DNA of 63,719 nt, filler included, from Hausera hauseri (Eukaryota): assembly GCA_046269625.1 (NCBI GenBank). It is 12 parts of 12 records of this genome, joined end to end, with 100 filler letters (N's around TTAATTAATTAA, not from the genome) between each part and the next. Parts side by side here need not be neighbours in the genome. Positions count along the whole stretch, not along the records: positions 1 to 3,997 come from JBJURY010831192.1; positions 4,098 to 8,443 come from JBJURY010624664.1; positions 8,544 to 13,092 come from JBJURY010532009.1; 9 more parts are not named here. One strand, 5' to 3'. The translations under genes and the position numbers were made by a program. Positions 1 to 12,583 of the stretch are shown piece after piece (the first letter of the stretch is position 1; each line of letters starts with the position of its first letter). The notes below the pieces were generated by a model. It did no database searches. It was not told the DNA's origin and worked only from the letters and a program-made list of their open reading frames with translations.

Positions 1-1655
1 TGATTTAATTTCTGATTTAAATTTCAATTTTTTTAAAATTCTATATTATTGATTCATCAAAAAATTTATAATTTTGATATATATCATAATGATATCCACT
101 ATTAATGGGCCATCGCCAGGTCTCCAGCCCTGGGTGAGAAACGCAGAGGTAGTGGATGCATAATTCGATACACGGACTTGGAATATGTTTAATGTACGTA
201 AACAAAATGGTGTTTCTTCCATGTCGACAAGGGCTTTTACAATCACCACACTCTTTATTTCATACATATTTACATACTCAGGCACCTATACCTCTTTCAA
301 GCAAACTCTGTCCTTCTACATTCTACATACATGCATACACACTCTTTTATATACACAATCTTCAAATTCTGATTGTTCCCACACTTCTGATCGGACTTTT
401 GCCGAATTCCCCAACTGAGCAGTCGGGTCCCAACAAGCTCAGTTACAAGTCCGGTTTATTCGCGACATCCGACAAATGATATAATGCATGATCACTTTAG
501 CATCCTTCATCCTTTGCGTGGTCACCGAAGCTGATAAATCACGTCGAACATACTGTCGTATTGCATAACGTTGCTCCGTTTTTAAATTCGTAATCATAAC
601 GAGAAATAATGTGATTAGCAGAGCTGTTGAACGTCGACTAATGAATGAAAAAGGTTCGGCGCGTTTAGTAGTTCAGTTACTCAAATATTTCTTGATGGCG
701 CACCTTGCTATGATGAATCACCGATTGTTTGTTGTGAGCTTAAGATAAGCGCGCTAAATCGAATCAACTTTAAGTAAGACAGAACATATATATCGAACTT
801 TCCCCGTCTATTTCATTCTTTCAAAACTTCTAGAAAATCTTGAATACGAAAAATGTTTCTATCGTCACTGTTCATTATCTTCATTTATAGTAATAAAATT
901 GTAATCATAGCATGCTGTATCAATGAATAAAGTTCAACATAATACAGCGGCAGGACTTTGAACTTTTCTCTGACCAGTTTTTATTTCCGGATCAACAGTT
1001 CGGTTCATATTCACCAAAAATCGTACGTCTACTGTTCATAGTTTTAGATCCGAGTTTAAATGTCACTTCATTTATTAATTTATTACTTCATTCGTATGAG
1101 AATTATTAAGGTCGAGATAGTATTAAAGTAACGTGTTTTTTTCGAACAAAAATCCTTAGAAACACGTATAAAATTGAGATTTTATTGATTTCGTTTATTC
1201 ATTGGAATAAAAGCATTATAACACAATTACATGATTCAAAATGTGTTTAAATGTATGGATAATCTATTATTTGAAAACATAAGATTTGCTTTTAAAATCC
1301 CCAACATCAGAATAAATATTTAGCAAGTAAATTACTTTTAAAATTTCAAACAATCTTATTGACAAAATTGATCATTTTAGAAATCGATAACGTTTGAATA
1401 TTACAGTCTAGAGCACACAGTTATACATCATATCAAAGTAAACGATACTGGTTGGTATATTTTAATGAAAAATGAAAATTGGCAATTATGAACGTTATTC
1501 AAAATACTGAACACTTTAGACTGTCGTATGTATAATTTACTGAAAATAGAACCCTAATCCAATGACGTCATTTTTTCATAGACACTGACGAAAATTAAGT
1601 CACTATCGTAGCACATATTTTGGATAAAAATAAAGTACATCAAAAAGACCATTAC

Positions 1656-2139
1656 CTTCAGGGTCATGTTTCCTGGCAATCTCTACTGAATCACTGTTAG
1701 CCAAATCAACATTGGCTGCTGACACCGCCAGTATTATAGTCAAAGACGGCGAAACGAATTTCTCGCTCAGTGCGTATATTTTATCCACAGCTCCATTCGG
1801 TAATTCCCCGACATTTTTTATTATTCCTGGCACGTCAATGAGAGTGAGCGTTGGTAACGTTTCACTGTACAGCTGGACAATGATGGGTTTTTCTGATACA
1901 CCTTGTAACTTGATTTTATTCATCAACGATTGCAATTTTCCACTGATCCGCTCGACACCATACATTACACTCTCTTGTTCATCTTGGAATATGGCTTTGA
2001 TATCGTCTTTGGGATCAGTGCTCTGAATTTTCTCATTTGTCAACTGCAATATTATCGGGCATCTGGTGGCCACTTGTGCACCCTTCGGTAAGATGTCTCG
2101 GCCTATGATTCTTTCTAGTACGGAACTCTTTCCAGAACT
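1656..2139 (-). CDS. Dynamin-related GTPase (DRP1/Vps1-like), internal exon
   Basis: Reads (Q)SSGKSSVLERIIGRDILPKGAQVATRCP (G1/G2), LTLIDVPG (G3) and ILAVSAANVDLANSDS. It is bounded by an acceptor cag at 2140-2142 and a gt donor after HDPEG. Other exons were not located. Confidence 0.88.
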
Positions 2140-2558
2140 CTGAATTTAATGAAATTTGTATAACTCATGATATATTCATAATGTTGTTCAAAATTAAGGA
2201 ATATAAAATATTGTTGATAGTAAAAACGTGAAAACTTTTCTAAATCTCTAAATTCTTCGGGAACAGTTATATCATATGTTGAAAGCTCAGTGGAAAAATA
2301 TGAAGTAAACATAGGGCCCGTTTTATTATTCAATTCAAAAACTATATGGATATTACACGGGAATTTACTGGAATTACGTTTCACTATAACTTTAATGTTT
2401 GATAATTTCATTGTATTTAAACACAAACACAACATTCTGACATCCCAAATAAATATAAATATGAACAAACGAATATAATTAAAATTACTGTTATTACGAT
2501 TTATAAGTTCCTCACTACAGTTTTTATGTATCACAAGAGTTTCTTCTCAAATGTTTTG

Positions 2559-2978
2559 TCAAAATATTTCAAGTTCGTTGATGAACACAATGGTCATGGC
2601 AACAATGGAAGATTTATGATTTACAAGAATATCGAAAATCTTGGCCCATACGATATCATTGTTGCGGAATACGTTAACTTTTATATTCGCGACAGGATTG
2701 GATCTCACTTCATTGTCTTTTCGGTTGGATTCCACGACATTTTTATCACCCCGTTTAATATGTTGCACAGAATCTTCCAATACTTTTCGATTATGTTTTT
2801 TATCATTTAATGAAGTGATGACAGGATCAGACTGATAATTATCATCATCTACAAAATCATAAACAGACACATCAGAAATTCGAGGTGTTTCAATGTAAGA
2901 TTGAGGAATTTTACTTTTGGCCGAAGGGGTTTTACCCTGTTCAACAGGTTTTAATCGTAGCCTTTTCCTGGTACACAA
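2559..2978 (-). pseudogene. Possible degenerate PWWP-domain protein fragment
   Basis: FRNNDIVWAK resembles the start of a PWWP domain and follows a low-complexity region. The PWWP core is not intact. Confidence 0.25.
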
Positions 2979-3997
2979 ATCAATTATTTTTTATTAGCCT
3001 TTGTTTTTAGTAGTCTCGATTGAATGCTTCATCGTTTAACTAATTCATTACCAGTTCTATATTTTTAAATAACGTTTTATTTTCCTTCAGTTTCCAAACA
3101 TCTTGTTCTTTGGAGGCTATTCCTCGTTGACAACATATCGCTGTTAATATCGTAATTCGTCAAATCCGGGCGAAAGTTATCTGATAATTCATAGTTGATA
3201 TTGCTTATTTTGCCGTGATTAATAGTATTGAAAAGTCTTGATGTATCAACATATGCCAATATCGATAACGGTCTTTCATCTATATTGGTTTGAAAGATGA
3301 TTTTTATTCTTGCCGTCAGGATGATGATGTCGATTGAAACGAATGTGGACCGATAGACTGCCAAACCAACAAAAATCGGCAAGCAAGAACCGAGGCGGCA
3401 AACACCACGGTCGTGCGGAGTCGTGCGCTGAAGTAAGACCAGGACTTGTGGTGGCGCCCGAAACTGTTGCACCACACAGATATTCGAAAAGAGGCTTAAA
3501 TAAAAAAGCTGATTTTTCGATAGAATTCGAATAATCGAATAATATTATCGGATTTCCCATGTTAGAAAACCTTTGCAGACCAAAAATATGGTGTGCAAAG
3601 TAATTACAAGTTTCTCAAAATTAATAAAACATTGAAAAATTCGATAATATTCGGTCAAGCATGCATTATTGGAACAATATGATCACTCCATTCGATTGCC
3701 CATGTATGAAAACATATTTGGTACCCAAGTGCATTTAATTTATTTGATGCATTAAAACAAAGTGTGCTAGAATGTTCGAAAATTCAAAATTTAAAAAATC
3801 CATAAATGAGGCAGTATGCGCTGATATGGCTATGTTTCATTATTTACAAAATCACTTACATGAATGGTGAGATTTTGATTTGTGCTCCTCAAATAATTGG
3901 TCGATGTTTAGATGTGCAATCTATACAAACAGTGCTTGGCTCAAATCCACGAGCTTGAAAATTGCCACAACGCTATGCAGAAACACTTCAGCCATCT

Positions 3998-4097
3998 NNN
4001 NNNNNNNNNNNNNNNNNNNNNNNNNNNNNNNNNNNNNNNNNTTAATTAATTAANNNNNNNNNNNNNNNNNNNNNNNNNNNNNNNNNNNNNNNNNNNN
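3998..4097. other. Artificial contig-joining spacer (N44-TTAATTAATTAA-N44)
   Basis: An identical 100-nt spacer with stops in all frames recurs at 8444, 13093, 19976, 24695, 30103, 37008, 41396, 45776, 49878 and 59646. A pure 100-N gap lies at 26212-26311. Confidence 0.98.
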
Positions 4098-4290
4098 GAA
4101 CAGTAATGGAAGACATGATTCTTGATACACAAGGCAAAGGTCGACCAAGAGGACTTTGGCCGCCGGACATTAAAGAAAGTCTTGATCGTCAAATTGAACG
4201 AAGCAGGTTAGTTAGCACGAGACAGTCTATTTGGTGTGCACTATAAGTAGAGCATTGTTGTATAAATGGCATGCTACATGATGATGATGA
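4098..4290 (+). mobile_element. RTE-like LINE 3' end
   Basis: QGKGRPRGLWPPDIKESL resembles the RTE ORF C-terminus and is followed by an (ATG)n microsatellite tail. Confidence 0.5.
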
Positions 4291-5509
4291 TATATATCTT
4301 ATATTTCTTTCCAGAAACCTCCAAAATTTGGTATCAATTTGATGTGTAACAGATTCACGACTCTCGCTCCAGCAGTTAAAAAGCCATACCTGTTTAAACG
4401 GCTTGGAAACATGTACGAACACTGCATGAACAAAGTATCGAATATGCATAGTAGACATTGCGTTTTATGCCCTTGCTTGTCGATTTCATGGTCTTGGATT
4501 TAATCCGAGGTGTGGCATGCTGAGTATTATTTATTCAAAACGAACCCAGGGGCCACCTAGCCTCAAAAATGGGTACCAAAAAATTCACTGGAAAAATAAA
4601 GTCAGCCTGACGTTATGCTATAACATAAAACTATCATGCGCCAGTGTCTAGGAAAAAAGTGGACACTAACTCCACTTTCTCCTGTAATCCTATTTTATGC
4701 GTGAATGAACTTGACTTAATACTTTGTTTTCTTTGCTTTTTTCTATTTCATCTAATTTATACTTTAAATGTGTGTTTATTAATTTTGTTTTGCTGCAAAA
4801 AAAGTTCACCTGGAAATATGCCATTTTCTGTTTTAAGTTTGGATAAATTAACTTTAAAACAACTTTGCTCTTCATCATACATTTTTTATAATTCAGGATA
4901 AAACTGCAAGATGTAACAGTAAAAAGGAGTTATGTGGATTTTATCCCAGGAAAAGTTTTATTCAAATACATCACAGATTATATGCCCATTAATGTGATAA
5001 TCTGATATTAAACCCCTGCAGAGTCTTTGCTAATTCACTAAATGAAACCTATTGAAAAGTTCTTGTTGCCACTTTGTTCATTTGTGAATGAAAGTGGAAG
5101 AAAAGTGACCTGTGGCTTTAATGTTTGTCTCCTCAGCGAGGACAGCGAACACTTCCCACAATGTCCGGGTAGGAATACCAGAATGTTTTCTTTGAACACT
5201 TTCTGTCCAATAAAGAGACACATTCAAACTAAACTCTGCTTTTTCTTTCTTCTTCTTTGAAGCGGAGAAGCAGCAGGTGGGTCCAACGTTGTCATGTTTC
5301 CAAATCCTTCTCTCTGATTTAGTTTGCTCACTTATTTGTAACTTTACACAGATCTTCCGGCACCGAAGCGTAAGAAGAAGAGGGTGAGGAAGGACATGGT
5401 TGGAATGGGTGAAACAGATGGTAAGAAACACAAACAGAATCAATTCACTTAGCTTCTTTTCTGGCCTGGAAGATTGACTTTGTTGACTTTCATTGTTTAT
5501 ATTGGTATA

Positions 5510-5900
5510 AAAATGTGGAAATGTGATTTCAAAAGTAAAACTGCGTACTACTTTAAAGCAAATGTGTATTTCGGTTTATGGAGTAAAAATATGGAATAGC
5601 TTGGATGATGATTTGAAAAAATCTTCTACTTTAAATCAATTCAAAATACTTTATAAGGAAAAATTATTAAGTCTTATACAATTTTGAGTTAACAATGAGG
5701 AGAATGATATATTGTTTGCAATTTATATTTTTGCTTTAATGGATGTGGCCATGAAAAAATAATTGTAATTAATGATAAAGGAGCAGGTTTAAACAACGTT
5801 TTTCTTCTTACTGCTCCCTTTTCACTCATGCGTAGTGTTAAAAGAAAATGTGTTTGGATGTCATAATGATGAAATTGTTGAATTGAGTGAATAAACTTAT
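5510..5900 (+). mobile_element. L2/CR1-group (Crack-like) LINE 3' fragment
   Basis: RTTLKQMCISVYGVKIWNSLDDDLKKSSTLNQFK is a typical RT C-terminal motif, followed by a 3' UTR ending near AATAAA. Confidence 0.6.
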
Positions 5901-6208
5901 TGATTCATTTATTGCAAAACCTCACCAAAAACAAAGGATCAAAAAAAGATCCTCAAAAAAATGTATAAAGTACGGTGGACCATGGGCCACCTCAGGTACT
6001 TCAGTCTGGCCCACTTTTGAGGCCAGATTTTATATATAAAATGTGAATCCTGTTAAATAGATGATCTATGACAGGGCTTACAACATGTCTGCCAGCGACT
6101 CTATTTAATATACAACAGATTTTAAATCTTAAAATAGATATATTCTTTAAAAAAATAAGCCTCTAATTCAAGTCAGTGAAAACCAGATTCTCTCCTTTTG
6201 TTCCTCAG

Positions 6209-6950
6209 ATCAGGCAGTAGAGATGGGAGGCATCGACAGCCAACGGGCGTCTGAGGTGGGAGATCATCTGACCCTCGAAACCACGACGGACGTGTCGACG
6301 CACAGGAGGAAGAAGAAGAAGAAAGCTGCGTCCACAGGTGAAACCAGACCACCGCTCCTCTGGATTTGACAAAGAATCTCGAGAGGCTCGCTGTGATCGT
6401 TAAAGTTTAAGTTTGGATTTCAGACGTAGAGGACGACCAAGCTGACCTCGTCAACGGAGACACAGGAGATCAGACCACCGACGGAGAAGAGGTGGTCAGA
6501 AAACCCAAGAAGAAAAAGTGAGAGAAGCCAAAAATTCTTCTTATCAGCCAGTTATTAAAATCATTTACATACTCCTCTCTCTTTCAGGAAGTCAAAGGTC
6601 GCTGAGTCGCAGTTTCCTGACGAGCTGGGAGTAGAAGATGATGACATCATCACCGACGCCTCCTCTCCGATCCCCCAGCATTCCTTGTTCTCGGCTCCTC
6701 AGGGTCAGAGCCAGCCGGTGGGGAAGGTGTTTGTGGAGAGGAGCAGTGAGTGTCGCAGGAAAGGCTCAGAGCAGTCAACACTTACATCCACCTAAATACG
6801 GCCGTGTTTCTGTTCAGAGCGATTCCAGGCTGCAGAGCGCTCTGACTGGAGGAAAACCAGCAACCAGATGGACAACGTGGCAGATCTCCAGCACATGCAG
6901 ACCCTGTGGACCACCAGAGACGTTTCTATCAGAGTGCACGAGGGCTTCAG
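6209..6950 (+). CDS. tmem237: Transmembrane protein 237 (ciliary transition zone), four internal exons, fish-like
   Basis: GT-AG exons 6209-6337, 6424-6517, 6588-6745 and 6818-6950 splice in frame to ...[10 protein letters not shown]...[22 protein letters not shown]...[15 protein letters not shown], matching recalled vertebrate TMEM237 motifs. Confidence 0.93.
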
Positions 6951-8543
6951 GTGAGGGGCAACAACAAGAACAAGACGTGGCTTTTAGCTGAAGAACCAGA
7001 GCACTAGCTAAAATCTAAAAGGCTTGTTAAAAGTAGCAGAACCTAGCTAGATGCTAAATGCAGCACAATAGTAGCTAAAAGCCAAAGTGTGCAAAAAGTA
7101 TCAAGTAACTCAAAGTAGCCGAAGGCCTGCTCACTCGCTAGCTTCCTAATAGTTGAACTAATATTTCAACGAGCAGTTTAGTGTTTGCATTATTTTTATG
7201 ACATTAACAGACATTAATTCCACTGCTGGTAAAAAGGATTAATTCATGTCAACACCTTATTATTACATGATTGTTTTTTCTTTCACACACTCCTGTGTCA
7301 TTGGTAAAGAAGCTACAATCGTGGAAATCATTCCCCAGCCAGGGTCACTTGGTGACATCATCCTCAGTCCAGGGACGTTATTTTGCATTTGGAGTCTCCT
7401 CTTCAATAAACCAGGTCTTCTGACTCACACTTTCAGTTTTCCCAGCATCCTTTGCAACAGTGATGGTTGCAAAATTAAAAAAATGTGAAACATAGACACA
7501 CTTGTTTGGTTTAGTCTGGGCTGTAGAAATAGTTGTTTTTAGTGTTAATGATGTTTGAATATAAGAACCAAGTTAGCAGAAACACTGTTTGACAGGCTGT
7601 AAATTTTCACCTCCTGTTTTTTCATCCTCTCCTGTCTGCAGCTCCTGGCTCAGAAAACAGACTAGTTTCTCTAATTTAACCTCTAAAAGAGACAACCTTT
7701 TATCCATTTATTCTCTATTTATTATTTTAATATTTTGAGTTGTGTTGAATTATGTTGTCATATTATGCATTTAGGTTTGGTTTGAAATCTGTTGAAGTTT
7801 AGTCCCCGACTGTAAATCTGACACACTGAGGTGTGAAGCAGGGGAATAGAAAAGGGAGCTAAACGCTGGAGTGTGGTGTGTTCAAAGATAATAACTCATT
7901 CATTTTGCACTGAATGTCATGGAGAACTGGATATTTATATAAATATTAGCTTGTTTAGCTTTAGATTCCGTTATTTCTATTTAGCTTTTTATTGTTAGCT
8001 GAGCTAAGCAGATCTTGATGCGGTTTGAGAAGCTAATATTTTGGTTAGCTGTGCCCACCACTGCAAAAGGCTGTGTAGAAGCTAAAGGTGGCAATGTATT
8101 AGCTAAAAGTAGCTTATAGCTTGTTTGGAGCTGTTAGTAACAGAACAGAAGCTAAAAGCTGAGATTTGCACGAGAAAACAAAAATAGAGCCTGTTCAGTA
8201 AAGCAGATTTCAAAGAGAATGTTTTTGTGAAATTGAAACAATTTTTTATGTTCTATGTGGAAAATTATTGTAAATAAAGTTCAAAATCATTATAAGTAAA
8301 TTTCGAAGGGAGAAGCTATTTGAAAATGGTAAGTTGTATTTCTTGGTATCCTTTATTTTATGATTCTAGATTTGAAACTTCAACTATTGTACCAACAAAC
8401 TTCATTCACAGGAAAAATGCAACGAAACAATGGAGAAACACTANNNNNNNNNNNNNNNNNNNNNNNNNNNNNNNNNNNNNNNNNNNNTTAATTAATTAAN
8501 NNNNNNNNNNNNNNNNNNNNNNNNNNNNNNNNNNNNNNNNNNN

Positions 8544-8746
8544 TCATTACGAATTGACATTTAATGCGACATTTTCAATTGTAAATCAATTAATTTCGTC
8601 TGCAATATGAAATATTTCGGCTTCAATTTAATTTCGTTGCAATATAAAATATTTCGGTTTCGGTTTCGTTTTCGATTTCGTTTCCAGTCTAATATACATA
8701 TTTACAATTAACAGTTTTGACCCTTTTTACCACATCTCTCCTCCCT
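8544..8746 (-). repeat. Polypurine tract (8735-8746) and start of 3' LTR (from 8734, cut by contig end)
   Basis: Minus strand reads AGGGAGGAGAGA immediately followed by TGTGGT. Confidence 0.75.
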
Positions 8747-11135
8747 GAACGGCACTCTGGGATGTGCCCACTGAGTCAGTAGAGATGTCGCGTAATCGGT
8801 TCATTCGTCCGCGTAAGTCCGCTTCGGAATACGAGTCATTCTGTGGAGATCTGGAATCAAGGTTATAGGACGTAGTAGGTTCTTGTGGCAATATCTCCAC
8901 TATTTCGTTGTTTTCCCCATTAGAGAAATATCTCAACCTTGTAGCCTCTGCCCTACATACTGGACAGGTTGTTTTTCCATTTTTCAGAGTCCACGTTTTT
9001 AAGCAGTACCGGCAAAATTTGTGACTGCAATTTTTGTTGTCCAATACTACGAATCCTTGGTAGAGATCCGCATCGCAGACGGGACATTCTTCTTTTTCGG
9101 CTCCATTAATGTCTACAAGGTTTTCATCCCCCTTTATCCTCTCGAATACTAGTCCTTTTTGTCCTTATATAGGTATCCGTATAATCTCTTTTGATTGGGG
9201 ACACCTTGACTAATGTCCATTCGACTATTTCTTGTTTATCCAAATCGGGTATTCCAGTCTTCTTGTATTGCCTTTTTAGTTGAATTCTAACTTGTGTATC
9301 TACGGGAATTGTCAATCTTTTAGTGCCATTCTTCGACTGGAATATTGGGGCTAGGTATCTACCAATAGTGATATCCTCTTTGGCATATCCATTTCCACTT
9401 ACTATCCATCTGGGAACGGTGGATACATAGAATATCGCTTCTTTGATCTTGTCCTTGCTATAATATTCGGTCATGATGAGGATTCGTTTATATTCTTTTA
9501 CTTGGCCAAATTCTGTAACTATAATTGGAGCATCTTCCTCCCAGTTTTTCCGAAGGACGTTAACTTTTGCCTGAAGGAGATTGGGATTCGTAATCTTTAA
9601 TTGGTCTTCGTTTAGTTTTTCCGTCTTTCGTCTGGTCGATAATTCTTGTCGTTAGTTTGTTTGTGCCTTTGGCGTGAGGCTGTTATCCGTTGACTTGGGT
9701 TTTTCCATTTGGTTTTAACTAGTTTTGCTCCTTTTTTACAAATATATTCCAGGAAGGAAGTTTTCGTCTTTTGTCCTCTTGGGTTTTCTGGGTTATTTGA
9801 CTCCACAGTTATTTCCTTTTGAGCTGGGCTGGTCGTTGGTTTCAGTTGGCTTTTTAGTGCTCCTACTGAATTATTATGAACAGTTACTCGAAATTGGTTA
9901 TTTTCTTGGGGTAGGACTTGTTTATAGATAGGGTATTCACTAAACCCTTTTCGAAATTTTTGTATCGAGATTTTGGGGTTGTTATCGGATACCGCGTTTT
10001 GCATGGGGTTCTTGGGTTTCCGCTTATGTTCCCATCGTAGTGAGTCATAGATGTCTTTTATAAATTTGGTTCGTTGACTTGCTGACATCAATTTAGGGAA
10101 TTTGAATCGTTCGCCATTCTTGGCTTCTAGCATCATTTTAAATTGCGATTCACGTGATGCTGACGACGGAATTAGGCAACCTCTTTTCCTCATCAAAGTA
10201 TTTTCTACTTGGCTTACAACTGCTGGGTTTCGTCTCAATTCCTGAATTCGGGCTATGTATTCTTGTCTAAATCGTAGCCGCTCTAACGCTTCGTGCACTC
10301 GGAATCCGGTGACAATATATCCATAGAAACAGTATCTTATATATTCTTGGATCTCCAAAAAATCTTTCCCTTTTTCAAGCTGTAGTTTCGTAATCCATGT
10401 AACGTCGGGAAAGGTATCCTTTACTATAGCTCGAGGCGCGATTATTTTGTTTATGAGTTCTTCCTCGTTCGTATTTCTGATAGAGACCTCGATCGGAATA
10501 TACCATCCATCATCCTTTTCTCCATAGTTTACGGCTAATATCCGGGTGTTCCTACCATTTGGAACTAGTCTGTAAGACTCTCCATTTTGCTCTATCTCGT
10601 CTTCTGTTGGTTTCTGTATGTATAATAGTGGTGGCAGTGGCTTCATTACTTCTGTTCGCCAGGTCATTTCAATCATGATTTTGGTCCGAAGTTCTGCGAT
10701 CCTGAACTCTAAAGCGTAATTTATGAGGCTATAACAACACAGTTCATAGGTGCTAAATTTTCATTGTTGTCCTTTTTGTGTACTTCAGGATTGTTCTACA
10801 ATCCTGTATTGAATTTCCCCATCAGCGATATGTATGTACAATTGCTGATGGGTGGGCTCGTACGGAATCATTTCTCTCAAGAGGTATGCTCGTGCATCCT
10901 TGGGATTACGCATTGCGTATAACCGAATCAGCCTATTTTCCTTTAAGTCCCATTTCAACCCGTTTGGTATTTTACTCTCTTGATTAAATTCTAGGTAGGC
11001 CTTGTTTTTCAGATTTTCTCCAATTTGTCGATATAAACTTTTGGATATTGGTTAAAGAATAGTTACGTGCTGCTGTAAGAAATCATCAATATCCTAATTG
11101 GAATTGATTACCGGATTTTTCGCCTTTTCGGCCAT
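8727..11135 (-). pseudogene. Accessory ORF (~800 aa ancestral): unknown N-domain, inactive DEDDh exonuclease fold (10029-10541), C3HC4 RING (8955-9086)
   Basis: ATG at 11135 is in frame with ORF 9612-10676. The exonuclease-like segment reads EVSIRNTNEEELINKIIAPRAIVKDTFPDVTWITKLQLEKGKDFLEIQE..GYIVTGF. The RING reads CPVC..CSHKFCRYC..W..CPVC. Several stops here are sense codons in the C7 copy. Confidence 0.8.
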
Positions 11136-11240
11136 ACTTACTTTGATAAAATAAAGATAAAGATTAATCCTAAGACAGATCATCGTTTTGAAGCAAAACA
11201 TTTTCTCTGTCTGATGATAGGATAACCTGATCTGTAATTG

Positions 11241-12577
11241 TCAGGTTATGATATCATAAAGTTCGTCTCGGCGCTCTTTTACCCGTTTATTTCCCTTTTG
11301 AATTTTATCGCGTTTATTACAGTTTTTGGAAACTAGAAAAATCATCACCGTTAATGTAACAAGAACGAAAATTGACAAACTGAATATAGCTATTATCGGT
11401 AAATTGTTTTCCTCTATGGAACAATTCGTGATGAACACTCTTTGTGTACTAAGACACTTATACTGCATTACTTTATTTTTATTGTCTAAAGTCCGCACTG
11501 TATAAGTTTTAGGGTTCTTACCCTTCGCAGTGATTCTTACTATATAGTCATGTTGCGGTCGTAATGATTGGCATTCGGTTTCCGGATTATTCTTTCTTAA
11601 GATTACGGTTTGATTGGTGTACAGGGTGCGACATTCAATTTTAACGTCGTAAATTAACGTTTCCTCCGCGTAGACTAGAATTTTGTTACTTTTTGTCAAG
11701 ATTTTAACTGGTATACTCCCCAGTTCTTTCTCGAGCAGTTCCTCCGAAGTGCCGATCACTGTTGTTAGGGTCGTACTCGGAGCAGTGGACGTTTTTGTCG
11801 TAGTGGTTGGAGGCAGAATCTTACACATTCCGATTTTTGGACAATATCACCTTAAATAGATGCTTCTTTCTCCGGGTACATCTTGTACAAATTGAGTTGT
11901 AACTGATACTCTTGTCCTAGTTGCAGTTTACAACACACAGTGGGTAGTCGTCGTCGGCCCAAATAACAATACTCTAGAATAGGAACTGACGATTTTTGTT
12001 GCATAAATCAAACAGACATTTGTCTATCTCCTGGCAATTCTACTTTGGTCTCAATTCGAATGCTTTGATTCTTTGGGTCTTTGGAGATCCGAATAATGTT
12101 ATAATCTAAGAGCCTTTTAAGTGGGTCAGTATTCTGGATTATCTCGTCCGTCTTGGCTTGATTTGTGTCATTTTGTTAAGGCATTCTTATTAAAAATTCA
12201 GTAATTATATATGCTTGGGCTCCCGGTTGATTATAATAGAACATATGAAACCTGTATCGGTAGTTTTGTCAGAAATCCAAATCGCAACAAGTCCTATGAA
12301 TCCCGTACGCAAAATCGCATGTTCTTGTTGTGGATCTAGCTACAAATATTATTTGAAATTTCACATGGTTCTGAACAGGTTCACTTACTTTGAACCACGC
12401 ACATGGTTTGCTCCAATTCATGTCGTACACTCTAAGTGACTGTAAGTTTTGTATATCCTTCCGACTTGCCGCATATTGTAACTTTTCGGTTTTAGTTATC
12501 GACTTCACCTTCGGTACATACGAGGCGATTAACGATGAGGCCAGGACTATTTGCACATACGATATTGGTCTAGTCAC
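11241..12577 (-). pseudogene. Type I membrane protein in the env position (signal peptide, Cys-rich ectodomain, Thr-rich stalk, FN3-like segment, TM, basic tail)
   Basis: Starts 7 nt after the integrase stop. Contains hydrophobic leader VQIVLASSLIAS, stalk PPTTTTKTSTAPSTT, SLRPQHDYIVRITAKG and TM PIIAIFSLSIFVLVTLTVMIFLV. The middle is disrupted. Confidence 0.72.
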
Positions 12578-12583
12578 TATCGA

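Noticed and set aside
100-560. Possible LTR on the minus strand (TATATAAAAG, AATAAA)
   Set aside because: No partner LTR, PBS or PPT could be identified.
4042-4053. Recurring TTAATTAATTAA palindrome between N runs
   Set aside because: It is an artificial all-frame-stop linker, not a biological repeat.
6638-6991. 117-aa ORF
   Set aside because: It is a wrong-frame read across tmem237 exons and an intron.
8727-11135. Stop-codon reassignment as the reason for in-frame stops
   Set aside because: Stops of all three types and frameshifts occur at different positions in the two copies, consistent with decay.
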